Shown one piece after another: positions 9,641 to 18,092 of a stretch of 37,109 bases of DNA. The translations under genes were made by a program, and so were the position numbers. Below the pieces are notes generated by a model. The model searched no databases. It was given only the letters and a program-made list of their open reading frames with translations, and was not told where the DNA came from. Location: contig JASDVE010000072.1 in assembly GCA_041891195.1 (NCBI GenBank), positions 1-37,109 of the forward strand, read 5' to 3'. This DNA is from Myxococcota bacterium (lineage in GTDB: Bacteria; Myxococcota_A; UBA9160; UBA4427). Numbering within the stretch: the first letter of the stretch is position 1; every line of letters begins with the position of its first letter.

Positions 9641-9663
9641 TTATATAGCTAACAACGGAAACG

Positions 9664-9748
9664 GCGAAGACCTTATTCGCGCCCGTGTTGGCTACCCCTC
9701 CCCTGTCACTTCGGTGTCAGGAGCCGACCCGGGCGCGTTTGTCTTCGC
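9664..9748 (+). promoter_or_regulatory. 85-nt extended hairpin in the leader downstream of the sigma54-type promoter
   Basis: Nested helices: 9664-9671/9741-9748 (8 bp), 9678-9685/9730-9737 (8 bp), 9690-9693/9722-9725 (4 bp), 9702-9709/9714-9721 (8 positions, 7 pairs with one U-U mismatch, UUCG tetraloop). No trailing U-run. Confidence 0.45.
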
Positions 9749-9840
9749 TGATCAACAACGCTTAGAGGCGCTTCGTTGGGCGATCCCTTAGTCGCTCTTC
9801 CATTCCCCGATTTTCGATCCGTTCACGGTAGACTTCTCAC

Positions 9841-11877
9841 GTGGCCGGAAAAACGAATCGTGCGGGACGATCCAAAAGCACAAGCCGTCCCCCCGCGCGC
9901 GGCGTCCGCAAGATAAAATTTCCCGACCTGCTTCCAGCCCCGAAATCCGTCCAACACGATCGCGGTGCGTTTGCCTTCGCGCGCAATATTCCGATCGTTT
10001 TGTCGCCGGGCGCAGACGAAGCAAGCAGCGCATCTGCGCACGTGCTTCGTGACGCGATCGAGCGAACGTGCAAGGTTCGCCTCCCCATTGAAGTTCACCT
10101 GCGTCGCTCGGATCTGGGTCGACATGTCGCACTTGATCATACCGGTGGGGCACCTGGGACCACATCCGATCGCTACCGAATCATCGTTTCAGACGACGTC
10201 GTTGAAGTTCGTGCCGGCGGCCCTTCGGGCCTTCGCTACGCCGTTGAAACTCTGATTCAGCTCATTCAACCTGGGGGCTCGCTTCCCGGCTGCGTGATCG
10301 AAGACGAACCCGACTTTGCGATGCGCGGCATCATGCTCGACGTGTCTCGCGGCAAGGTTCCCACCTTCGAGAGTTTGTGCGGTCTCGTCGATGTCCTGGT
10401 CAAGCTCAAGCTCAACACGCTGATGCTCTACACCGAGCACACTTTTCGATTTCGGCGTCACCCCAAAATTGGCGCAACCGATTCACCCCTCGATGGCGAA
10501 ACCATGCGCACGTTGGACGCTTATGCGCATGAACGACATGTCGAGTTGATCCCTTGCCTGCAGTCACTCGGACACATGGACCACATTCTGATGCTGCCGC
10601 AGTATCGCGACCTTGCAGAGACTGAGGTGGGTTGGACCATTGCACCGACACGCCCAGAAAGCCTCGAACTATTGCGAGACATGTACGATGAGTATCTACC
10701 GAATTTTCGCTCACGGTTGTTCAACGCCAACTGCGACGAACCTTGGGACCTCGGCAAGGGACAGTCGAAAGAACGAAGCGAAGAGCTTGGCCCGGGCGGC
10801 CTCTACCTCGAACATGTCATCGCGTTGCGCGCTCTGGCTCAACGAAGCGGTAAGCGCACCATGATCTGGGCCGACGTCGTCCACGCCCACCCCAAACGCA
10901 TCGGCGAGATCCCCAAAGACATGGTGATGCTCGACTGGGGGTACGAAGCCGAATACAGCTATGACCGCGTCTCAGTCTTTCAACAGAACAAACTCGAGTT
11001 CGCCGTCTGCCCGGGCACGTCAACGTGGAACTCGCTTTTCCCACGCGTCGAAAACAGCACAGTGAACATCAGCAACTGGGCCAAAGCGGGACTCGAGTAC
11101 GGTGCGCTCGGTTTAATTACCACGGACTGGGGCGACTTCGGCCACTACAACCTACTCGGCAATTCGTGGTTCGCATACGCGGTGACTGCCCAGCAGAGTT
11201 GGTCGGGCGCCTGCGACAACACCGCGTTCGCCCGAGCATTTGGTGCTCGCGTGTTCGGCGACCAGAGCGGTGGAGGCACAGTGGCCCGGTTGTACAAAGC
11301 CCTTGGTGCAATTCACGGCGTAGGCTTCAAGGTCTTCAATGGCTCGCCTCTCGCGTATCTGTTCTTCGACACCCTCGAAGAGAGCTACTTCATCGAGGGC
11401 TGCAAGCAGGGCGCGCTCGCACGTACCCAGAAGAAGCTCGAACGCGTGCGCAACGAAATCGAAGACGCCAAGGACTGCTTTGCGATCGAACGCGCGAGTT
11501 GGCGCGAGCTTCTGTACGCAGCGGATGCATCGCTCCATGCCGTAGACAAAGCTGTCATCGGTAGGCGTTATAACGCTTGGCGGCGTAAACCAAAGAGCCT
11601 GGACGCTCGCGCACGAAAGCGTCTCGCAATGGAGCTTCTCGAACTCGCCAAAAAGCAGAGCGCCCTGCTGACACGGTTCCGGAGACTTTGGCTTGCACGC
11701 TCCGCAATCTCGAATTTTGATTTGACGCAGGGCCGCGTAAAGCGTTCGGTCAAAAGCCTGCGGGATGCTGCGAAGTTCTTGGATCGAAACGAACCTCCGT
11801 CACCCATCGCGCGCAAACCCATCGACATTCCCGGGGTTACCGCTGCCGTACGCCGCTCTTTTGGAGCGAGCAACTAG
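9841..11877 (+). CDS. Glycoside hydrolase family 20-like protein (beta-N-acetylhexosaminidase-like)
   Basis: 678 aa with a GTG start. N-terminal LLPAPKSV, then EDEPDFAMRGIMLDVSRGKVP and LKLNTLMLYTEHTF, typical of the GH20 TIM-barrel entry. Confidence 0.75.
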   Translation: MAGKTNRAGRSKSTSRPPARGVRKIKFPDLLPAPKSVQHDRGAFAFARNIPIVLSPGADEASSASAHVLRDAIERTCKVRLPIEVHLRRSDLGRHVALDHTGGAPGTTSDRYRIIVSDDVVEVRAGGPSGLRYAVETLIQLIQPGGSLPGCVIEDEPDFAMRGIMLDVSRGKVPTFESLCGLVDVLVKLKLNTLMLYTEHTFRFRRHPKIGATDSPLDGETMRTLDAYAHERHVELIPCLQSLGHMDHILMLPQYRDLAETEVGWTIAPTRPESLELLRDMYDEYLPNFRSRLFNANCDEPWDLGKGQSKERSEELGPGGLYLEHVIALRALAQRSGKRTMIWADVVHAHPKRIGEIPKDMVMLDWGYEAEYSYDRVSVFQQNKLEFAVCPGTSTWNSLFPRVENSTVNISNWAKAGLEYGALGLITTDWGDFGHYNLLGNSWFAYAVTAQQSWSGACDNTAFARAFGARVFGDQSGGGTVARLYKALGAIHGVGFKVFNGSPLAYLFFDTLEESYFIEGCKQGALARTQKKLERVRNEIEDAKDCFAIERASWRELLYAADASLHAVDKAVIGRRYNAWRRKPKSLDARARKRLAMELLELAKKQSALLTRFRRLWLARSAISNFDLTQGRVKRSVKSLRDAAKFLDRNEPPSPIARKPIDIPGVTAAVRRSFGASN

Positions 11878-11933
11878 CGCGCGCTAGGCGACGGCGCGGC
11901 AGAAGGTGTGCGTGACCCGATGTCGAGACAATC

Positions 11934-11961
11934 TCGATGGCAAGGCGTCGATGGCAAGGCG
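11934..11961. repeat. Perfect tandem duplication of a 14-bp unit (TCGATGGCAAGGCG x2)
   Basis: Read directly from the sequence in the convergent intergenic region between the GH20-like gene and the carboxylase alpha subunit. Confidence 0.9.
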
Positions 11962-12026
11962 CGAAAGCACCGCTCTAGCTGGCTACCCCTAGCTTTCGCA
12001 ACGCAGGGAGCGGCATTGGATCCGCG

Positions 12027-14105
12027 TTAGGGCGCTTGCGCCTTCTGTCGGGCAGACGCCTCGGACGGCTCGGCCAAAACTAGAAGCGTCGCGCCGTCGT
12101 CCACTTGGTCCCCTGCTGCAACCAAAATCTCTTCGATGACGGCAGCTGCGTTCGCGCGCACCGTGTGCTCCATCTTCATCGCCTCAAGCACAACCATGGC
12201 CTGGCCTGATTCGACGGAATCTCCCGTGGCGACAAGGACTTCGATGATCTTTCCCGGCATGGGGGTGAGCACCGCCCCCGCGCTCACGGTCTCTTCAACC
12301 GCAGACGAGGCGAGGCCACGGGTAGAAAGGCGATACGTCTCTCCCGCGACGAAGAACGTGAGCGAGTTCCCATGCGCGACTGATCGCGCCCGAATCGTAC
12401 GCCCCGCCATCACCGCGCTGAACTCGTGGGCGGTTGCACGTCCCTGATCTACTTCGTCCCAATTGCGCGAACTTCCCGAAACCACGACTTCAACCGAACC
12501 GACATTCACCACGTAGCTTTCGGCACCGGTCCTCCGAATGGTGGTTTCACGCGGTTCGCCTTCGAGTACGAAATGAAGGATTTCCGTCGAAGCAGCATTG
12601 AGCCTCCACGCGTCAGTAGCGGCCCACGGCGAACCGGGGTCTCCAGCACGTGCCGCTCTCGCTTCACTGCGACGCGCACGCGACAGCACGCTGTCCAGAC
12701 TCACAACGGCGAGGAGTTCGCCTGGCGCGAGGCCCCCCGCACCGAGGAGAGTTTGCTGATTGGCTTCGACGAACCTGTTGTCGAACGCACCGCTTGCAAA
12801 CCCATCGTGCGCGACGATGCGCGAGAGAAAGGAAAGATTGGTTGCGAGGCCGGCAACGTGAAATCTGCCAAGCGCGCGATGCAAGCGTGTGCGCGCTGCC
12901 TCTCGGTCTTTGCCCCAAACGACGAGTTTGGCAAGCATCGAGTCGTAGTAGACCGAGACTTCGTCTCCCTGCCGAACCCCTGTTTCGATACGCAAAGAGC
13001 GCTTTGCTGTGGGCGCCCCCAAGTAGTCGATGCGTCCGGTGGTCGGAAGAAAGTCGTTCGCCGGATCTTCGGCGCAGATCCGAACCTCAATACTATGGCC
13101 ACGTACCTCGATCTCGTCTTGCGCGAGTGGCAACGGTTCACCGGATGCAACGCGCAGTTGCCATTCCACCAGGTCGACCCCGGTCACCATTTCAGTGACA
13201 GGGTGCTCGACCTGAAGACGGGTGTTCATCTCCATGAAATAGAAGGCGTCTGCACCCGGCGACGCATCGAGCAGAAACTCCACCGTCCCGGCTCCCTGGT
13301 ACCCGATCGCCTTTGCGGCTTTGACCGCAGCACCGCCAACCCGCGCCCGTAACGCTTCTGTCAGAAATGGTGCCGGCGCTTCCTCGACGATCTTTTGGTG
13401 CCGACGTTGGATCGAGCAGTCGCGCTCAAAGAGATGCACAACGTGCCCGTCCTGGTCGCCAAAGATCTGGACTTCGAGATGACGGGTCGGAGTCAGAAGC
13501 TTTTCGAGCAACATACGCTCGTCTCCGAATGCTCCTTTGGCTTCGCGCTTCGCGGCTTCGAGAGCGGCCATGAAACCTTCGGGCTCATGCACGGCACGCA
13601 TGCCCCGTCCGCCACCCCCGGCCACCGCTTTGATGAGCAGCGGGTAACCCACTTTATGCCCAGCAGCCTGCAGCGCGTCGGGGCTCTGATCGCTTCCCTT
13701 GTCTCCCGGTATGACGTCGACACCGGCGGCCTCCATCAGCACCTTGGCGCGGTCTTTCTCCGCCATGTCACGAATCGTTTCGGGGCGCGGGCCCACAAAG
13801 ATGAAGCCGGCGTCGACACACGCTTGTGCGAAGTCGGCATTTTCGGACAAGAAGCCATAACCGGGATGAACTGCGTCGGCACCGCTCTCGCGCGCGGCAC
13901 TCAACACCGCATCAAAGTCGAGGTAACTCTCGGATGCGGGCGAGCGACCGATGCGAACAGCCACGTCGGCGCGTTCCACGTGACGGGCATTTGCGTCGGC
14001 ATCGGAATAGACCGCGATGCCCGTGATGCCTAGACGTCGCGTTGTTTCGAAAATACGACATGCGATTTCGCCGCGGTTTGCGACGAGGAGCTTTGTGATT
14101 TTCAC
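12027..14105 (-). CDS. mccA: 3-methylcrotonyl-CoA carboxylase alpha subunit (biotin carboxylase plus biotinyl carrier domain)
   Basis: 692 aa. N-terminus KLLVANRGEIACRI, an ATP-grasp core, and a C-terminal biotinylation motif EAMKME. Lies downstream of the carboxyltransferase subunit. Confidence 0.85.
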   Translation of the reverse strand: MKITKLLVANRGEIACRIFETTRRLGITGIAVYSDADANARHVERADVAVRIGRSPASESYLDFDAVLSAARESGADAVHPGYGFLSENADFAQACVDAGFIFVGPRPETIRDMAEKDRAKVLMEAAGVDVIPGDKGSDQSPDALQAAGHKVGYPLLIKAVAGGGGRGMRAVHEPEGFMAALEAAKREAKGAFGDERMLLEKLLTPTRHLEVQIFGDQDGHVVHLFERDCSIQRRHQKIVEEAPAPFLTEALRARVGGAAVKAAKAIGYQGAGTVEFLLDASPGADAFYFMEMNTRLQVEHPVTEMVTGVDLVEWQLRVASGEPLPLAQDEIEVRGHSIEVRICAEDPANDFLPTTGRIDYLGAPTAKRSLRIETGVRQGDEVSVYYDSMLAKLVVWGKDREAARTRLHRALGRFHVAGLATNLSFLSRIVAHDGFASGAFDNRFVEANQQTLLGAGGLAPGELLAVVSLDSVLSRARRSEARAARAGDPGSPWAATDAWRLNAASTEILHFVLEGEPRETTIRRTGAESYVVNVGSVEVVVSGSSRNWDEVDQGRATAHEFSAVMAGRTIRARSVAHGNSLTFFVAGETYRLSTRGLASSAVEETVSAGAVLTPMPGKIIEVLVATGDSVESGQAMVVLEAMKMEHTVRANAAAVIEEILVAAGDQVDDGATLLVLAEPSEASARQKAQAP

Positions 14106-14176
14106 GCTACCACCAAGCCTCCAAAAACAATAAACAGTGTACGACGAACAATGTTTTCGACGCGCATGCCGCTGGA

Positions 14177-15784
14177 CTACATACGGAAGATGCCAAAGCG
14201 GGTCTCCTCGCTGGGGGCGTTGCGCGCGGTCGCGAGGCCAAGTGAAAGAACGCGACGGGTCTGCGCCGGTGCGATGATGCCGTCATCCCAAATCCGTGCA
14301 GTCGCGTAGTAGGGGTGACCCTCGAGTTCGTACTGGTCGCGCACCGGCGCCATGAAGGCTTCTTGTTCTTCGGCGCTCCAGCTTTCGCCCCGTGCTTCAA
14401 GGCCGTCGCGCTTCACCGTCGCGAGCACGTTGGCGGCTTGCTCTCCGCCCATCACCGAAATGCGTGCGTTAGGCCAGGTCCACAAGAAGCGCGGCGAATA
14501 GGATCGTCCGCACATCGCGTAGTTTCCTGCACCAAAAGAGCCGCCGGTCACGACCGTAAACTTCGGCACCTTCGCGCAGGCGACTGCCATCACCATCTTG
14601 GCACCGTCTTTCGCGATGCCGCCCGCCTCATACTTTTTGCCGACCATGAAGCCAGTGATGTTCTGCAAGAACACGAGCGGGATATCGCGCTGACAACAAA
14701 GCTCGACGAAGTGCGCTCCCTTGAGCGCCGACTCCGAAAACAACACACCGTTGTTCGCAACGATGCCAACCGGCATGCCATGAATGTGGGCGAAACCGGT
14801 GACCAAGGTTGAACCGTAACGCGCCTTGAATTCGTCGAACTCACTCCCGTCGACGATGCGCGCAATGATTTCTCGCACGTCATAGGGAATGCGGGTGTCA
14901 GAAGGGATGATGCCGGCAAGGTCTTCCGCGTCGAATAGCGGGTCCCGAGGCTCTCGCAGGCTCCCCCCGGAAGGCGCCGGACGATTCAAATGCGCGACTA
15001 CGTCGCGCGCAAGCGAGAGCGCGTGCCGATCATCTTGTGCGAGATAGTCCGCGACCCCCGAAATTCGGGTGTGCACATCTGCACCACCCAAGTCTTCGGC
15101 CGAGACAACTTCGCCGGTCGCCGCCTTCACGAGCGGCGGACCACCGAGAAAGATCGTGCCCTGGTCTTTTACGATGATGCTTTCGTCGGCCATCGCGGGG
15201 ACGTAGGCGCCGCCCGCCGTGCACGACCCCATCACCACCGCGATCTGCGCGATCCCCGCCGCCGACATCTGTGCCTGATTGAAGAAGATACGCCCAAAGT
15301 GATCGCGATCCGGGAAGACGTCGGCCTGGTTGGGCAGGTTTGCCCCGCCGGAGTCGACGAGATAGATGCAGGGGAGTTGGTTTTGCTGGGCGATCTCTTG
15401 TGCGCGCAGGTGCTTCTTGACCGTAATCGGGTAGTAGGTTCCCCCTTTGACCGTCGCGTCATTGCACACCACAACGCATTCGCGCCCCGCGACACGTCCG
15501 ACCCCGGTGATGATTCCCGCGGATGCGATGCCGCCCCCGTACAAACCATGAGCTGCAAGTTGCGAAAGTTCGAGAAAGGGAGAACCGGGATCAAGCAGTC
15601 CGTGAATCCGCTCGCGCGGCAGCAGCTTTCCGCGAGACAAATGTCGGGCCACAGCAACTTCGCCGCCTCCGAGTTCAACGCGGGCCACTTCGCCATGCAG
15701 GTCATCCACCAAGGCGCGCATCCAACTCTCATTACGCGCGAAGTCAGCGTCGCCGCGGTCGAATTTTTGGCCGACTATTGCCAT
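14177..15784 (-). CDS. mccB: 3-methylcrotonyl-CoA carboxylase beta subunit (carboxyltransferase)
   Basis: 535 aa. [35 protein letters not shown] closely matches the MCCase beta N-terminal signature. Confidence 0.9.
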   Translation of the reverse strand: MAIVGQKFDRGDADFARNESWMRALVDDLHGEVARVELGGGEVAVARHLSRGKLLPRERIHGLLDPGSPFLELSQLAAHGLYGGGIASAGIITGVGRVAGRECVVVCNDATVKGGTYYPITVKKHLRAQEIAQQNQLPCIYLVDSGGANLPNQADVFPDRDHFGRIFFNQAQMSAAGIAQIAVVMGSCTAGGAYVPAMADESIIVKDQGTIFLGGPPLVKAATGEVVSAEDLGGADVHTRISGVADYLAQDDRHALSLARDVVAHLNRPAPSGGSLREPRDPLFDAEDLAGIIPSDTRIPYDVREIIARIVDGSEFDEFKARYGSTLVTGFAHIHGMPVGIVANNGVLFSESALKGAHFVELCCQRDIPLVFLQNITGFMVGKKYEAGGIAKDGAKMVMAVACAKVPKFTVVTGGSFGAGNYAMCGRSYSPRFLWTWPNARISVMGGEQAANVLATVKRDGLEARGESWSAEEQEAFMAPVRDQYELEGHPYYATARIWDDGIIAPAQTRRVLSLGLATARNAPSEETRFGIFRM

Positions 15785-15835
15785 GGGTTGAGTCTCCGAC
15801 CTGGTGCGGGGAAAAATACATCCGCGTTGCGACGT

Positions 15836-16084
15836 CTATTCGTACTCTTCTTCGTCCCATTCTTCTTCATCGTTCTCTTCTTGGTCTTCATCTGCGTCTT
15901 CCGGGTCGGAAGCACCTGCTGATTGCGGAGTATTTGACAGTAAGCTGCTCGCCAGCCAAAAACCCAGGATCCACGCGCCCAAGCTGAACCAAATTTCTCG
16001 GCTGTCCCGCGAATGTTCGGCGAGCCAATATCCGAAACCTAGGGTGATGGTTCCTGAAAGTAGAGCCAAGGCGCGAGGTTTCAT
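15836..16084 (-). CDS. Small hydrophobic (likely membrane) protein with a strongly acidic C-terminal tail
   Basis: ATG at 16084 lies 6 nt after GGAGG. Two hydrophobic segments are followed by the tail DPEDADEDQEENDEEEWDEEEYE. Confidence 0.5.
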   Translation of the reverse strand: MKPRALALLSGTITLGFGYWLAEHSRDSREIWFSLGAWILGFWLASSLLSNTPQSAGASDPEDADEDQEENDEEEWDEEEYE

Positions 16085-16208
16085 TTCAATCCTCCGAACC
16101 AGCAGGTAACTTCCCCTATCTTGCGAGCAAGCGGTAGAGGGAAGCGGCCTCAACCTTCTATTTTGTAGCTTTTCATTTCATCGCGACATCGCGGAGTTTT
16201 CGCACAAC

Positions 16209-16946
16209 TTGAGCACCCCAATCCTACCGGGAACGATCCCAGAACCCACAATGATGGGCGCCATTCAGAACGGGCTACGCGTCCTGCGCGGAGACATCGT
16301 CCCACTCTTGGTGCTGCAATTTCTCGTCACCATGATCACGGGAGTGTGCGGTTCGCTGGCGTATCTCATAGACGACGGCGGCCCTTACTTGACGGCTGCC
16401 CTCACCGCGCTCATTGCGTCGCCCTTCGAACTCGGCACTGCATTCGTCTACCTACGAACAGTGCGCAGCGGCTCAGTGAACTTCGAGCATTTACTGGCCG
16501 TCCCGGGTCGCTACGGATCGATTGTCTTTGCCAGTGTGCTCATCATGGCGATCGGCTCTGGAGCCACCGCAATGATGATCGTTCCCGGCATGCTTTTTTA
16601 CTGCACGACTCGCTTTGTTCCGTTCCTGCTCCTGGAAGACGAACTTGGCGGCGCGCAGGCGATCATCGAAAGTATCAAGCTGAGTCGAAGCTGCTTCTGG
16701 CAACTTCTGGGGATCTGCTCCCTCGGTTTGGTCGGGCTATTTCTCGTCGCACTTCTAGCGCGCTACATCGGCATTGCCTCGGCGATCGGCATTGTGCCGA
16801 TCTTTGTTTGGTGGCACCTCTCGATCGCTTCTCTTTATCACGCGATCGTCCGACCGCCTTCGGGCTGGGCCCTGGAAGACCTAGAAGAGCACGACCGTAT
16901 CGCCAGTAACGAAGGCAAGGAAGATGACGTTGAAGTGACGCCCTAG
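16209..16946 (+). CDS. Polytopic membrane protein of unknown function (DUF975-like topology)
   Basis: 245 aa with 5-6 hydrophobic helices. The start is uncertain: TTG at 16209 or ATG at 16251. Confidence 0.55.
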   Translation: MSTPILPGTIPEPTMMGAIQNGLRVLRGDIVPLLVLQFLVTMITGVCGSLAYLIDDGGPYLTAALTALIASPFELGTAFVYLRTVRSGSVNFEHLLAVPGRYGSIVFASVLIMAIGSGATAMMIVPGMLFYCTTRFVPFLLLEDELGGAQAIIESIKLSRSCFWQLLGICSLGLVGLFLVALLARYIGIASAIGIVPIFVWWHLSIASLYHAIVRPPSGWALEDLEEHDRIASNEGKEDDVEVTP

Positions 16947-17128
16947 CGGCATTCTCATCCTCCGCGTGCATCCGATCGAATCCTATTTGCGAGCGCCCCT
17001 TTACATATCGTGGCCCGGGCTGAACCTTCCTCCATACGCATTCGCTCGACGGGCGCTTCGAGCCCAAGCCCTCTAACCTGCCGTCCGCGCGAAATCGCTG
17101 CGCCCAGCTGCGAAAAGAGGATGCTGCA

Positions 17129-18019
17129 GTGACAGACAACGACCTCGCGCGTAACCCGCGCTCTCAACGAGTCGAGAACAACGTCGCCGAGTTGATCGAA
17201 TGTCTCGGCCTCGAAGAACTTGATCGAGATTTTTTCGTCGGAGACCCAGGCCAGGGGAAGGGACGCCTATTTGGCGGTTTGGTGGCCGCGCAGTCCGTCG
17301 TTGCGGCAGGACGGACGGTTGCTCCGAAAATGGCGCTCCACTCACTCCATGCGTATTTCTTGCGACCGGGCGGGTATGGAAAACCGATCCGTTACACAGT
17401 GGACCGCATTCGCGACGGACGCTCGTACACAACGCGTCGTGTGGTTGCCATGCAAGCGGGCGAAGCCATCTTCAACCTGAGTGCCAGCTTCGCTGTGCCC
17501 GAAGACGGCCCCTCTCATCAACAACCCATGCCCGACGCGGTTGGCCCCGCCGGCTTGCCCGAGATGTCGGAGGTACGCGCGCGCTGGTTCAAGGAACCGC
17601 CGCCGAAAAAACTTGTTACGGGCACGATGGAAATGCGTGTATTCGACGACACCGACGGCGACCCGACACGGAAGCTCGAACCGACCCGACACGTTTGGAT
17701 GCGACTCAACGGTGAACAACCCGACGACCCGTTGCTCAGGACCGCGCTCCTCGTCCATGCAAGCGACCGCACACTACTCGGCACCGCACTGCGCCCAATG
17801 GGCCGAACACCCGGCGGTGACACCATGGTGACAAGCCTCGACCACGGCTTCTGGCTCCACCATCCCCCGGACCTGTCGGACTGGTTTCTTTATTCATCCA
17901 ACAGCCCGATGTCGCACGGGGGTCGCGCGCTGATCCACGGCGCGATCTATGCGACCGATGGAAGGCGCATCGCGTCCGTCACCCAAGAAGGCTTGGTTCG
18001 AAAGCGACGGAAGAAGTAG
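17129..18019 (+). CDS. tesB: Acyl-CoA thioesterase II
   Basis: 296 aa. RLFGGLVAAQSVVAA, LHSLHAYFLRPG and VDRIRDGRSYTTRRV match the TesB double hot-dog fold. Confidence 0.85.
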   Translation: MTDNDLARNPRSQRVENNVAELIECLGLEELDRDFFVGDPGQGKGRLFGGLVAAQSVVAAGRTVAPKMALHSLHAYFLRPGGYGKPIRYTVDRIRDGRSYTTRRVVAMQAGEAIFNLSASFAVPEDGPSHQQPMPDAVGPAGLPEMSEVRARWFKEPPPKKLVTGTMEMRVFDDTDGDPTRKLEPTRHVWMRLNGEQPDDPLLRTALLVHASDRTLLGTALRPMGRTPGGDTMVTSLDHGFWLHHPPDLSDWFLYSSNSPMSHGGRALIHGAIYATDGRRIASVTQEGLVRKRRKK

Positions 18020-18092
18020 CCGTTTTGTCATAAGCCCTGGCCGAGTCAGGGGCCCGAAGGGCTTAGGAGATGACTTCTAAGAAGCCGAATCG

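Noticed and set aside
12426-14033. Plus-strand ORFs of 308, 182 and 212 aa
   Set aside because: They are antisense to the well-supported carboxylase alpha subunit gene, with low-complexity Arg/Ser/Pro-rich translations.
14990-15922. 310-aa plus-strand ORF
   Set aside because: It is antisense to the carboxyltransferase beta subunit and has no motifs.
18040-18066. Hairpin AAGCCCT-N13-AGGGCTT between the convergent tesB and valS genes as a bidirectional terminator
   Set aside because: It has a 7-bp stem but a long loop and no flanking U/A runs. It is too weak to call.
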